Source: a virus (lineage: Duplodnaviria > Caudoviricetes). Taken from it: 64,000 nucleotides of DNA. This document shows positions 1 through 9,869 of this stretch, in pieces. The translations under genes and the position numbers were made by a program. The first letter of the stretch is position 1; each line of letters starts with the position of its first letter. Below the pieces are notes generated by a model. That model did no database searches. It worked only from the letters and a program-made list of their open reading frames with translations, and had not been told where the DNA came from. Where the stretch lies: the IMG/VR virus record IMGVR_UViG_3300028591_000101, positions 64,001-128,000 of that record. The stretch is one strand, 5' to 3'.

Positions 1-3000
1 GAGACCAGCGGATAATTGATGCTGTTGGATTTGAACCAACCATGAGAAATATATACAACATGTTTTTTGCACACGTTGATACGTTCATGTCCTGTTTCTA
101 TAATACATTGGACAAAATACGGAACAAAATTCAGTCTGGCGACGAGAGCAGAAGCTATAAGAAGTTATGTGGAAAAGACATACAAGTTGATGTTAATGAA
201 AACACGTTAAGAGATTCATCGCCTTCCGGAAATGGAGGAAAATTACCTCCGTTTACAATGTTCTATAAGGAAGAGCCAGTAAAGGATTCTAAAGACAAGG
301 AAATCGTAATGCAATGGCCAGGGTCGTTGCCTGGTGGAAAAGACCTTGATGAGGTACAGCTTGTTGAAGCTATCATTAATGCAACGGCGTTGTCAAGGCG
401 TAGATATGAAACGGTACAGTCAAGATATAATACTATTGACAAGGAGGGGAATCTTGTCCCGACAAATTATTATGATTTGATTGACAACGAGCATAATCCA
501 TATGTAGATGTTCTTGATGCGGCTAACCTTCAAAAACCAGTACATGAGTTGGCAAAGGTTTTCCTTCTTAGGTGTTATTTCTCTTTACTTGGAGGAAGTT
601 ACGTATCTTCGGATAATGGGTCAAAGGATGGAACTTCAACAATGACGCAGAATATGACAGAAAAGGCTAAGCTGATTGCAAAGCTTGAGGTGGGCAATGT
701 TGTTAGGGCATTTAAAATTAAGGGGTACTCGCCGAAGGATAGTTTCATTACTGAGCTTCACACGATAGCGGACGACGGTTCAAATTTGCTTAATGAATTC
801 ATGAAAGATAGCCACCCGATGTTCAGAACAAACGGGGCTGGAGATATTGAATATCAATGGATAAAATATCCTGGAACCGAAAATAAACCAGGATTGACTG
901 CAAAGTTTTATCCCGTTGGTACATTTGAGCCGTCAGTCCTGACAAATGCGGTTAATGGAGCAAACATTGGGAAAAATAACGGAAAGTTCGTACAGATTAA
1001 TAATTCTGGTACAACTGTCAATAGTTTAACGTGTAGAATCTTTGATAGTGGAAGGAAAATTGATTCTGTTTTGAATAAGCACGCATCAGGTGAATTTGTA
1101 TCTGCTGCAAAGCTTTTTCCAAACTACCAGAAACTTCCAGCATCGTTAAACGAGATAACGTTTGATAAAAAGGCTTTTGAAAACGTACAGAATTTTAGAT
1201 TGGGCGACCTATATAAAAGAAATGGAAATACGTCCACTTTTGAAAGCATGCCATCGCTTCCTTCTTATAGGAAAAGTACTGGCGGCGAGACGAATATTTT
1301 CATGGACCCTCTTTATTACTGCCAGAAAACACCTGAGGCTAGGGCTTATTTGTTCTTGCTTGGAATTCCTCTCAGTGAAGATAAAAAGCTTCTATTGCCG
1401 AAAAAGGTTGAAAATGGAGATTACCCGGTATTTTTGTTGCTGAGGGAAGGCGCTGTATACTGGAGAAACACGTATTTCAACTTTATGGAAGATAGATATG
1501 CTTATGAAGACCCGATAAACTATAAATACAGTGTCAATAATGTGCGTGTTGATGTTGAATCAGATGTTGAAAACAATGACCCGTGCTTAGGAAAAAAGTA
1601 TATTTATACAAACTCCGGAAAATTACCAGAAAATGTATCTTCAGCCAGAAGGGACATGCTTATTCGTTTTTTCCTCAGATGGGCAACCGGTAGCGAAGAA
1701 TATACAATGCCGGACTCATCAGTTGTTGGTGAGTTACCGGACGAAATCAGAAATGAAACCTCCATACCGTCCGTATCACTTGATTTTCAGACAATTGAAA
1801 GGAATTTTGCGCTCCAAAAAACGACAAGTGCAAACGGTGGGTCTGTAATGTCAAATCTTTCAGATATACCAGATGCAGTGACGTTGGCCTTGACGCTGGA
1901 ACGCGCTGGAAATTTTGACAACGCCTCAACTTTAAGGGAAGTATATGAAATAGGCCAAGACGACAAACTAGGAAAATTAAACGGCCAGAAGATAAGAACC
2001 GGTGTATTCATAAAAACAAGCAACACAGAAAATAAGTTTCTGAAAAAGTTCAAGGACTTTTTTACCAGCTTTGCCTCAGTTATTGATTTCTCTCTACTTG
2101 ATAATCCAAACGAAACCTATACGGTTCCAAGAAATGCAATAAATGATGCGATGGCTGCTTTTATAGGCGGCATTAAAGAAGAATATAAAGTTTCCGCAGA
2201 AGACCTTAAGGCAAAAGATGGTGTTACAGCTTTAGGTAAACCAGAAGAAGAGTTTAACAAGCCGGAGTTCTTCCGAGATGAAGGATTCAAGCTTGCTTGC
2301 TATATGGCCCTAAAAAACTTATACGACAGGTGGTTATGCAGCAGGCGGCGTGAAAGTTGGGTGTTTAGTTGTGTGCCAGAAAGAATGGTAAATAACGGAG
2401 TACGGAGTGATTTTACCAGGTTTACCTATATGAATGAATTCTATCAGGAAATAGGTATGAAAATAAGGCCAAACTTAACAGATTTCATAACGACAGCTTC
2501 AAAACTTGGCGGATTTACGGAAGAAAGCGACGCATCCGACCTTGAGTCCCGTTCTCTCTTAAAATTATTGAGTATAACCGCAGAGTTGGCCGGGTGCTCT
2601 CTTCTTACCTTACCAACTATGTTAGGGTTGTCCAGAACATACACTGGCGAGGGAAACGAGCAGAATTCAATAGCAGATGTTTTTAGGGCTTTTCCATATA
2701 ATGAGGCCGTAAGGAGCAATAGTGTTGAACCAAGTTTTGTTGTACTATATACAAACCAGAAATCAACGAAACTTGATACGGAAAATGAAAGTGGGACCGA
2801 CGCGTTCAAAGATGATGGCTTTGATTTGGCGAATACGTGGGGGGAGATAGTAGAACAACCGATGTTTGCTGACAATGATGAAAACGGTTTGGTTGTTCCG
2901 TGTTTTGGTGTAACTTTTGCAAAGCAGAGTCAGTCATATTTTAAAAATATAAGACTGTCAATGGAAGACCACCAAGTAACTGAATATTCGTTAAGAAATC

Positions 3001-3959
3001 AGCTCATGATATCTTATGCAAACAACCGTGGTCCTAGAGAATCTGCAATTATTGGGCAGGACCTGTATAGTGTTTATGCGAACTATTCATATACTTGCAG
3101 TGTTGAGATGCTTGGAGATGCACAAATTACGCCACTCATGTATTTTCAATTAAACAACATCGCAATGTGGAAGGGTGCATACCTAATCACGAATGTACAG
3201 CACAGTATCAATGCACAGGGAATGGTTACAACCTTTACTGGCACAAGACAAGCAAGGCCTTCCGTTCCTTTCAAGGGTGATAAGATTTCCAATGCAGCGA
3301 ACAAGAGTGCCGGACAGACCCAGTATAGTGGTGAAAACGGTGAAGAGCCTGGCACATCAGTAGAGGCGGAAAATACTTCACAAAAGCCTTTGGATAAAAT
3401 AAATGTTGATGATATTAACGGGGCTGTTATTTATCTTGAAAGACAGACCATTTCTGAGATGGATGATGAAAGATGGATAAATGGAATTTTGTCGGTCAGA
3501 GTGTTCTATCCAGGAAATGTTACTGAAACGTATGATAATATCTCAAAGACAAAAGAGGCGACGTATGGTTTAACTGGGAGAATAGACTATTTCGTTCCGC
3601 AAGATAATCAAACTATTTTTTCAGCACCAGCAGGAATTTATACATCTGTTGTTGCGACCGGCGATATGTTCAAACACATAGAAATCACAGATTCAAGACT
3701 TCACGGAAGAGTTTGCGAAATAATAGAAGGCATTAAAAATTACTCTGATTACGAAACCGACGGATTTTTGGATATAACTTTGGGAGGTGCGACGCCGATA
3801 ATGCTGTTTGGAACCAGTTCAGAGTTTGACAAAGATGAAATTCACGGAACGTATATGGAATTATTTAATTTTATACAAAGGGTAAAAAGGTCAAATAAGT
3901 ATTTGAATTGTTACATTAACGACTCAAACAATTTGGAAGATAATGTTATAGAGGGATAG
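1..3959 (+). CDS. Large virion protein, baseplate hub-like (gp27/VgrG-like C-terminal region); 5'-truncated by the window edge
   Basis: Frame is open from base 3. The segment YTCSVEMLGDAQITPLMYFQLNNIAMWKGAYLITNVQHSINAQGMVTTFTG resembles the terminal domain of contractile-tail hub proteins. Confidence 0.55.
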   Translation, partial: DQRIIDAVGFEPTMRNIYNMFFAHVDTFMSCFYNTLDKIRNKIQSGDESRSYKKLCGKDIQVDVNENTLRDSSPSGNGGKLPPFTMFYKEEPVKDSKDKEIVMQWPGSLPGGKDLDEVQLVEAIINATALSRRRYETVQSRYNTIDKEGNLVPTNYYDLIDNEHNPYVDVLDAANLQKPVHELAKVFLLRCYFSLLGGSYVSSDNGSKDGTSTMTQNMTEKAKLIAKLEVGNVVRAFKIKGYSPKDSFITELHTIADDGSNLLNEFMKDSHPMFRTNGAGDIEYQWIKYPGTENKPGLTAKFYPVGTFEPSVLTNAVNGANIGKNNGKFVQINNSGTTVNSLTCRIFDSGRKIDSVLNKHASGEFVSAAKLFPNYQKLPASLNEITFDKKAFENVQNFRLGDLYKRNGNTSTFESMPSLPSYRKSTGGETNIFMDPLYYCQKTPEARAYLFLLGIPLSEDKKLLLPKKVENGDYPVFLLLREGAVYWRNTYFNFMEDRYAYEDPINYKYSVNNVRVDVESDVENNDPCLGKKYIYTNSGKLPENVSSARRDMLIRFFLRWATGSEEYTMPDSSVVGELPDEIRNETSIPSVSLDFQTIERNFALQKTTSANGGSVMSNLSDIPDAVTLALTLERAGNFDNASTLREVYEIGQDDKLGKLNGQKIRTGVFIKTSNTENKFLKKFKDFFTSFASVIDFSLLDNPNETYTVPRNAINDAMAAFIGGIKEEYKVSAEDLKAKDGVTALGKPEEEFNKPEFFRDEGFKLACYMALKNLYDRWLCSRRRESWVFSCVPERMVNNGVRSDFTRFTYMNEFYQEIGMKIRPNLTDFITTASKLGGFTEESDASDLESRSLLKLLSITAELAGCSLLTLPTMLGLSRTYTGEGNEQNSIADVFRAFPYNEAVRSNSVEPSFVVLYTNQKSTKLDTENESGTDAFKDDGFDLANTWGEIVEQPMFADNDENGLVVPCFGVTFAKQSQSYFKNIRLSMEDHQVTEYSLRNQLMISYANNRGPRESAIIGQDLYSVYANYSYTCSVEMLGDAQITPLMYFQLNNIAMWKGAYLITNVQHSINAQGMVTTFTGTRQARPSVPFKGDKISNAANKSAGQTQYSGENGEEPGTSVEAENTSQKPLDKINVDDINGAVIYLERQTISEMDDERWINGILSVRVFYPGNVTETYDNISKTKEATYGLTGRIDYFVPQDNQTIFSAPAGIYTSVVATGDMFKHIEITDSRLHGRVCEIIEGIKNYSDYETDGFLDITLGGATPIMLFGTSSEFDKDEIHGTYMELFNFIQRVKRSNKYLNCYINDSNNLEDNVIEG

Positions 3960-3960
3960 T

Positions 3961-3989
3961 TTGTTTTTTTTGAAAAAAGAATGTATCAT
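3961..3989 (+). promoter_or_regulatory. Class I promoter TTG-N20-TATCAT
   Basis: TTG at 3961, TATCAT at 3984, upstream of ATG 4016. The same geometry recurs about 10 times in the window. Confidence 0.6.
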
Positions 3990-4015
3990 TATCTTGGACG
4001 CTAAGTATTTGAATA

Positions 4016-4609
4016 ATGAAACATATCGCTAACATACTGACAGACGAACCTTTTAATGAGGATGAGCTTTATAATGTTGTCCGGGATAAGGAAGAACTTA
4101 TCCCGGACATTCCTACTTTAATAATCGGGTGGGAAAGGACAAAGGCTGAATATCCAGATGCGTCTATTATTGAATGGAAAGTCACAGACAATGTTTACTG
4201 GACCTATGGAAAGTATGAAAGAAGGGACAAATATGAGGTAAACCTCAAAAATTTTCAGGACCTGTCATTCAAAAAGTTTGTAGAGTCCCTTGAATATGTG
4301 TTTTATGATGTTCTTTTAACTCCGCCGGAAAGATTTGAGTCGTTCCTGATATCACTTGGCTCGGATAACCAGAAAACAATCTACGTTACTGGGGATATGA
4401 TGTACCTATATTATAATGGTACGAATAAAGTCGTCGGTTTGTCGCTAAGGGATTGCGATTATATTAATGAATACACAAAGAAAAGAATATTCTCAGCGGT
4501 TTATAACAGTAATTCTGTAAATTTGTTAAAAAACAATGATGAGATATCAAAAGAAATAAGGTATAAAGCGAAGGGACGGGCTTATATTTTGCCGTATCTA
4601 TACTCCTAA
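4016..4609 (+). CDS. Hypothetical protein
   Basis: 197-aa ORF with its own promoter; no recognisable motif. Confidence 0.8.
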   Translation: MKHIANILTDEPFNEDELYNVVRDKEELIPDIPTLIIGWERTKAEYPDASIIEWKVTDNVYWTYGKYERRDKYEVNLKNFQDLSFKKFVESLEYVFYDVLLTPPERFESFLISLGSDNQKTIYVTGDMMYLYYNGTNKVVGLSLRDCDYINEYTKKRIFSAVYNSNSVNLLKNNDEISKEIRYKAKGRAYILPYLYS

Positions 4610-4641
4610 ACACCGCCATTCTCGCGTTTTAGAAAAATAAC

Positions 4642-4651
4642 ACTATTTATA
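4642..4651 (+). promoter_or_regulatory. Class II (putative late) promoter motif ACTATTTATA
   Basis: Recurrent gene-oriented motif, 14 nt before ATG 4666. Confidence 0.65.
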
Positions 4652-4665
4652 GTAAAAATATACAC

Positions 4666-4959
4666 ATGGCTTTCATTAAACAAGTTATAAAATACAAGAG
4701 AACAAATATCCCGGTCAAGATGACAAATCAGCTGGATAAAAAAGCCATAGAGGCAAAAGAAAATGTTGCCGAAAAGAATAATTCAAAGAAATTGAATGAA
4801 GACATGGACGAGAAAGTCAACAGGGCCGAAGAAATCATGAACAACATGAAAGCGGCTAACCACGTAAAGGTTGTCAAGAAGGACAAGGGTCTTATTGAGA
4901 GAACCGAAAGCTCAAAGATTGTTCTTACCGAAGATAATAGGCAAGTTCTTAATGACTAA
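4666..4959 (+). CDS. Small charged protein, possibly head assembly
   Basis: 97 aa, follows the late motif, contains LNE/LTE sites. Function is inference. Confidence 0.7.
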   Translation: MAFIKQVIKYKRTNIPVKMTNQLDKKAIEAKENVAEKNNSKKLNEDMDEKVNRAEEIMNNMKAANHVKVVKKDKGLIERTESSKIVLTEDNRQVLND

Positions 4960-5794
4960 TATGGACAAGAAGTTTTTAGAGGAAAAGGGCTTGCTCAAAG
5001 AAGCAAAGCGTTTCAATTATATTATGGAATATGTAACTGGTGGCGACAACAGTATTGAGGAAGTTGATGGAAACGGAGACGGACTTGACGATGCTACCGG
5101 AATGGCAGACCCTGCTGCTGGCGGTGCAATGCCTGGTGCTGACCCTATGGCGGGAGGTGCTGCTCCTGGCGCTGACCCTATGGCTGGCGGAATGCCTGTT
5201 GCAGACCCGAATGCAGCCGCTGGTGCTGCTCCAGCCGCAGACCCGAGCGCTGCCGCTGGTGGCGTTCCCGGATTTGACCCTCAGCCGGTTGGAAAAGATG
5301 AAGACCCTAATGCAACCGCAGAGGAGAGTTTTGATGAGGCAACACCGGATAACCAAGAGGGTGGAGAAGACGAGGAAGTCATTGATGTTGACGAACTTGT
5401 TGATGGCCAGAAGAGAAATGAAGATGCAATTGATAAACTCACCGATAAGTTTGAACGTTTTCTTGAAAAGTTCAGCGAGTTCCAGGGTGAGTTGAAGTCA
5501 AATGCTGAATTTATGAAAAATCTTGAATCTGAATTTGAGAAGAGAAATCCTACATCAGTTGAAAAACTTACTATGCGTTCACTTCAATCAAAGCCTTTCC
5601 AGGAGACACCGGAAGAATATATGGAGAATGATGCTCCGGAAAACTACAGCCCGGAGGATGACCAGAACGGTGTCGGAGAGCCGAGATACACGATTACAAG
5701 AGACGACGTAAGAAATGCTACTGACTACTCGAGCATTGCTAAAACTTTGAGGGACAACGAAAATTCTACCCTAAAAACTTTGCTTGGGCTTTAA
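4952..5794 (+). CDS. Acidic low-complexity/coiled-coil protein, putative prohead core or scaffold
   Basis: Real start is probably ATG 4952 (overlapping the upstream stop) or 4961. Has ADP(M/A)AGG repeats, an acidic tract and a coiled coil. Confidence 0.6.
   Translation: MTNMDKKFLEEKGLLKEAKRFNYIMEYVTGGDNSIEEVDGNGDGLDDATGMADPAAGGAMPGADPMAGGAAPGADPMAGGMPVADPNAAAGAAPAADPSAAAGGVPGFDPQPVGKDEDPNATAEESFDEATPDNQEGGEDEEVIDVDELVDGQKRNEDAIDKLTDKFERFLEKFSEFQGELKSNAEFMKNLESEFEKRNPTSVEKLTMRSLQSKPFQETPEEYMENDAPENYSPEDDQNGVGEPRYTITRDDVRNATDYSSIAKTLRDNENSTLKTLLGL
5105..5280 (+). repeat. Five imperfect 10-12 aa ADPxAGG coding repeats
   Basis: ADPAAGGAMPG / ADPMAGGAAPG / ADPMAGGMPV / ADPNAAAGAAPA / ADPSAAAGGVPG. 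Confidence 0.85.
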
Positions 5795-5811
5795 TAAAAC
5801 GTCACAATTGA

Positions 5812-5821
5812 ACTATTTATA
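5812..5821 (+). promoter_or_regulatory. Class II motif ACTATTTATA abutting a terminator hairpin
   Basis: Exact motif match. Confidence 0.55.
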
Positions 5822-5849
5822 GGTACAGGAGAAATCTTGTACCTTTTTT
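5821..5849 (+). terminator. Intrinsic terminator
   Basis: AGGTACAGGA-GAAA-TCTTGTACCT followed by a T-run. Confidence 0.75.
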
Positions 5850-5876
5850 GTTTTTTACGATAATTTTCTGTACTTT
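5848..5876 (+). promoter_or_regulatory. Class I promoter TTG-N20-TACTTT
   Basis: Upstream of the SSB gene. Confidence 0.6.
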
Positions 5877-5931
5877 AGAGGTACAGGTTTATACAAACAA
5901 ATAATAATTTTAATTAAAATTTTTTAACATC

Positions 5932-6963
5932 ATGGGTAACTTAATTAACTTACCGAACATTACGCCCGAATCCATCGTTGTGAATAACGATAATTCAAGC
6001 AATTACACAAAACACAATGCATTCAACGAGAAGAACTATCTGAATGTTCGTTTGGATGAACAGAATGGCGAAAAATCCAAGACTCTCACGATTCGCCTTC
6101 TCCCTATGGACCTTGAAACCGGAAATCCTTTCGTTAAGGTACACATGCATAATGTGCGTGTACCGAAGGAGGTATCAAAGAGTGGTTACAAGTCCTACAT
6201 CTGTCTTTCAAAGAATAAGGACATTGACCATGAGAAGTATGGTACCAAGTGTCCTTTCTGCGAGCTGAATCAAGCTGCATATCAGGAATCCGTAAAGGAA
6301 ACAGACCCCATCAAGAAGAAGAATTTCCAGGACATCTCCATTGCCAACAAGAGCAGGGAGGCTGTCATCGTTCGTTGTATTGAGCGTGGAAAGGAAGACG
6401 AGGGCGTCAAATTCTGGAAGTTCAATGTCAGAAGCGACAAGACCGACCCGTACAACGCAATCCTCAAGCTTTATGCACTCCGTAAGGAAGAGGGCGAGCG
6501 TGCCGGTCAGGTATTGAACATCCTTGACATCTACAATGGTCGTGACCTCAATGTTACGATTACAGAGGGTAACGCCGCTCCGCAGATTCTTGACGCATCT
6601 CTCAGCACTCCGCTTTCCCGTGACGAGGAACAGATGAAGGCGTGGATTTACGATGAGAAGAAGTGGCAGGACGTTTTCTCCACCAAGCCTTATGAGTACC
6701 TTTCTCTTATCAGCCAGATGAAAATTCCTTGGTATGACAGAGAGCAGGGCAAGTGGGTCGACAAGGAAGAGATTGATGCCAAGAAACAGGGACAGGCAAA
6801 CCAGGTCAATGAGGCCAACGCCGAGATTGAAAGGGCCATGGCTACCGCAGGCGTAGCTCAGGCCCAGACCCAAATCACTCATGAGCCAGTACAAGAAGTC
6901 GCACCTGTCAAGGACTTTACTGATTCCTTGATTATGAAAGATGACGGAGATTTGCCATTCTAA
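5932..6963 (+). CDS. Single-stranded DNA-binding protein, T4 gp32-like
   Basis: TIRLLP...H...C...CPFC zinc-site pattern as in gp32; acidic C-terminal tip DDGDLPF. Confidence 0.8.
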   Translation: MGNLINLPNITPESIVVNNDNSSNYTKHNAFNEKNYLNVRLDEQNGEKSKTLTIRLLPMDLETGNPFVKVHMHNVRVPKEVSKSGYKSYICLSKNKDIDHEKYGTKCPFCELNQAAYQESVKETDPIKKKNFQDISIANKSREAVIVRCIERGKEDEGVKFWKFNVRSDKTDPYNAILKLYALRKEEGERAGQVLNILDIYNGRDLNVTITEGNAAPQILDASLSTPLSRDEEQMKAWIYDEKKWQDVFSTKPYEYLSLISQMKIPWYDREQGKWVDKEEIDAKKQGQANQVNEANAEIERAMATAGVAQAQTQITHEPVQEVAPVKDFTDSLIMKDDGDLPF

Positions 6964-6969
6964 AAAATA

Positions 6970-7004
6970 AGGTTATCCCGGATTAACAATCTGGGATAAC
7001 TTTT
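6970..7004 (+). terminator. Intrinsic terminator
   Basis: AGGTTATCCCGGATT-AAC-AATCTGGGATAACTT followed by Ts. Confidence 0.75.
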
Positions 7005-7012
7005 CTATCGTA

Positions 7013-7657
7013 ATGCATATGTCACAAAGGAAAAAATTATTCTTTTATTATGGGTCAATGTCAAGCGGCAAATCTCTACAGTTACTAGCCACGGCATTTA
7101 ATTTTGAGGAGAGGAGAATTCCATATGTTATTTTCAAAAGCGAGATTGATACGAGGGATGGAGAAGGAATAATCCATTCAAGAGCACTCGGCGATAAGAC
7201 TTGCACAAGTATTTCTCCGGACCTTAACCTTTTCAACCTTGTACGAAATGTCTGTCAAAAGGATGAAATGTTCTTCAATCCGAAAGTTAAGTGGATTCTC
7301 GTTGATGAGGCACAGTTCCTTACCCCGGACCAGGTTGACCAGCTTGCAGCGATTGCAGACAACCTTGGAATCAATGTAATGTGTTTTGGGTTGAGGACCG
7401 ATTTCCAGACGCACCTGTTCCCTGGCTCTCGCAGGCTCTTTGAAGTTGCCGACGACCTTATTGAAATCAAGTCAAGCTGTTCATGCGACACCAAGACAAT
7501 GTTCAATGCACGAATTGACAGTGATGGAAACATTGTAACGGAAGGTGCCCAGGTTGAAGTTGGCGGTGATGACAGGTACATTGCCCTTTGCCGGAAGTGC
7601 TACTACGAGAGGACTGGAAATAAGATGTATAGAAAGAGAAACGAAGATGAAAATTAA
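7013..7657 (+). CDS. tdk: Thymidine kinase (type II)
   Basis: GSMSSGKS P-loop, ILVDEAQF, FGLRTDF, zinc site C-x-C...CRKC. Confidence 0.95.
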   Translation: MHMSQRKKLFFYYGSMSSGKSLQLLATAFNFEERRIPYVIFKSEIDTRDGEGIIHSRALGDKTCTSISPDLNLFNLVRNVCQKDEMFFNPKVKWILVDEAQFLTPDQVDQLAAIADNLGINVMCFGLRTDFQTHLFPGSRRLFEVADDLIEIKSSCSCDTKTMFNARIDSDGNIVTEGAQVEVGGDDRYIALCRKCYYERTGNKMYRKRNEDEN

Positions 7658-7937
7658 TGTAAAAGATTTAAAAGTCGGTGACGTGTTTATGATACCGGAT
7701 GATAAGAAGGTGTTCAAAGTAGTGGAGATTTCAGAAATTCCTATGTACACTTTGGGGTTTGAAAAGGTTTATCCAATTATGTGCGACTGCTTTTCTCCGG
7801 AATATGGTAAAACCTTCGGGTATATGAAACTTTCTGACGAGGTTGAAGAAGTTGAGTTGCTTTACCGTGAGAACGAAGAGAAATACAAATCATGGACAAG
7901 TGTCGTTTTTAAGGAGGACGAAGAAGATGAAAGTTAA
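7647..7937 (+). CDS. Hypothetical protein
   Basis: ATG 7647 overlaps the end of tdk; begins MKINVKDLKVGDVF. Confidence 0.7.
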   Translation: MKINVKDLKVGDVFMIPDDKKVFKVVEISEIPMYTLGFEKVYPIMCDCFSPEYGKTFGYMKLSDEVEEVELLYRENEEKYKSWTSVVFKEDEEDES

Positions 7938-8421
7938 ATTCAAGAAACTAAGGGAGAACGCTAAACTCCCGACAAAGGTACACGATGAGGATTTCTGTTA
8001 TGATGTCTATGCGTGTGACTGTGAGGAAGTAGCACCGAATGTATATAGATATCCGCTTGGTTTTGCTCTACAGATTGATGAAAACGAGGGAATAAACTTG
8101 CCTGATAGCCATTTTTCAATGTTTTCGCCGGTTCATTCTTATCATAAAACGAATTTGTCGGTTGATTTCCGCCCAAGGAGTTCAATTTACAAGACTGGAA
8201 TGGTACTCTGCAATTCTGTTGGCACCGGAGACCGACCTTACACTGGCGAATATTGGGCTTATTTCTACCACGTAATGCCAGATATGCCAAAGTATGAACC
8301 TGGGGATAGGGTGGCACAGATGAAAATTGGAATTACAACGCCTATTGAATTCGTTGAGGTTGAAGAACTTAACGATACTGAGAGAGGTGATGGTGGTTTT
8401 GGAAGTACAGGAAAAAATTAA
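7927..8421 (+). CDS. dut: Trimeric dUTPase
   Basis: RPRSS, GTGDRPYTGE, GDRVAQ and RGDGGFGSTG motifs; start at ATG 7927. Confidence 0.93.
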   Translation: MKVKFKKLRENAKLPTKVHDEDFCYDVYACDCEEVAPNVYRYPLGFALQIDENEGINLPDSHFSMFSPVHSYHKTNLSVDFRPRSSIYKTGMVLCNSVGTGDRPYTGEYWAYFYHVMPDMPKYEPGDRVAQMKIGITTPIEFVEVEELNDTERGDGGFGSTGKN

Positions 8422-8425
8422 TAAT

Positions 8426-8710
8426 ATGTTGGACAAAGATAAACTTTTCATCATAGTCTATATTAATATAGGCGAGTTTGGATGTGGTTCAACCGTTTCA
8501 GAAATTTTGGGAGAGGTTTCAAAACATGTCGGATATGATGAGTCTGTTAACACTTTGATTATTCCGACCAGAGATTCAGAAACGAGAGTTGAATGCATAA
8601 ATCCTGTACTTTTGACCGAGGAACAGTACGAAGAAACAAGAAAGAAAATTGAAAGCCTCACGGAGAAAGTTGAAGAGGCAATCAAAATGCTTAAAGAAAA
8701 TAAAGGATAA
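8426..8710 (+). CDS. Hypothetical protein
   Basis: ATG 8426; fits operon packing. Confidence 0.7.
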   Translation: MLDKDKLFIIVYINIGEFGCGSTVSEILGEVSKHVGYDESVNTLIIPTRDSETRVECINPVLLTEEQYEETRKKIESLTEKVEEAIKMLKENKG

Positions 8711-8724
8711 TATGAAAACTTAAT

Positions 8725-9861
8725 ATGGCACAACCATTAAAGAAAAAGGAAATCAAGAAATTTGATATCGGGGCGTTCAAGAAGAAAATTTCAAGTGCCC
8801 CGGTTGCTGACAAGCCTATGGAGTGGATTATCATGCCAAAGGCTTTCCAGGATGCCCTACACATTCCTGGTATTCCGGCTGGTTACATGAGTGGCGTTCG
8901 TGGATGGTCCGACACGGGTAAGTCCACAATCAAGAACTGCCTCATCGCAGCCGCACAGAAGCAGGGTATCCTTCCAATCATATTTGAGACCGAGGGTAAC
9001 TTTGACTTCAAGTATGCCATTGACTGTGGCATGGAAGCTACACCGGTCATGGGCGTTGACGAGGAAACTGGAGAGGAAAGGGTTACCGACTACGAGGGTA
9101 ATTTCATCCTTTTCAACAACGCGGCTATCTGCGACTACTGTGGAGACATGGACTATTCAACCGGCACGAAAAAGTCAACGAAGAGGACTGTCGCTGTTAT
9201 TGAGGATATTGCTTACATCATAAACGACCTCATTGACAAACAAGAAGCCGGTGAACTTCCGATGCCGCTTCTGTTCGTTTGGGATTCCGTTGGTAGTATC
9301 GGTTCCTGGAAGTCTTACACGAGCAAGGCCGGTAACAACATGTTTGACGCTGGTGCCTTGTCGGTGGCTTTCAACAACATTATCAACGCACGAATTCCGG
9401 GGTCAAGGTCTCAGAACTCCGAATACACCAACACGTTCTTCGTCGTCAATAAGATTTGGCTTGATTCCATGAACTCCGTTGGTGGAGCCGCTTCCATTGA
9501 AAACAAGGGTGGTAAATCATTCTTCTACGCGATGAGGCTTCTGCTCCATGTCGGTGGCGTCGCAAAGGCCGGTACGAAGAGGCTCAAGGCAACGTTCAAG
9601 GGTAACGATTATCAGTATGGTGTGGTAAGCAAGATTTCAATCGCCAAGAACCAGTTACCGACACCATTCAATGTCACATATGCCGGAACAATCTGCTGTG
9701 TGCATAACGGACTTTGTGGCGAAAAGGAACTGGACGCATACAAGAAGACCTACATCCCTGAGATTATGGCGAGAATGGCCGAGGCTCTTGGGAACGAGGA
9801 AATCAAGGCCGCAGATACTGCCAATGTTTCGTTTGAAGAGGAAGATAACTTTGATGAATAA
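8725..9861 (+). CDS. RecA/UvsX-like recombinase
   Basis: Walker A GWSDTGKST, ETEG, Walker B FVWDSVG, KGGKSFFY. Confidence 0.9.
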   Translation: MAQPLKKKEIKKFDIGAFKKKISSAPVADKPMEWIIMPKAFQDALHIPGIPAGYMSGVRGWSDTGKSTIKNCLIAAAQKQGILPIIFETEGNFDFKYAIDCGMEATPVMGVDEETGEERVTDYEGNFILFNNAAICDYCGDMDYSTGTKKSTKRTVAVIEDIAYIINDLIDKQEAGELPMPLLFVWDSVGSIGSWKSYTSKAGNNMFDAGALSVAFNNIINARIPGSRSQNSEYTNTFFVVNKIWLDSMNSVGGAASIENKGGKSFFYAMRLLLHVGGVAKAGTKRLKATFKGNDYQYGVVSKISIAKNQLPTPFNVTYAGTICCVHNGLCGEKELDAYKKTYIPEIMARMAEALGNEEIKAADTANVSFEEEDNFDE

Positions 9862-9869
9862 TGAAGAGT

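Noticed and set aside
6208-6894. Long antisense or alternate-frame ORFs (also 24071-24577, 56869-57570, 59315-59833, 60276-60812, 61070-61606)
   Set aside because: They lie over well-supported genes, lack motifs or expression signals, and are expected from codon bias.
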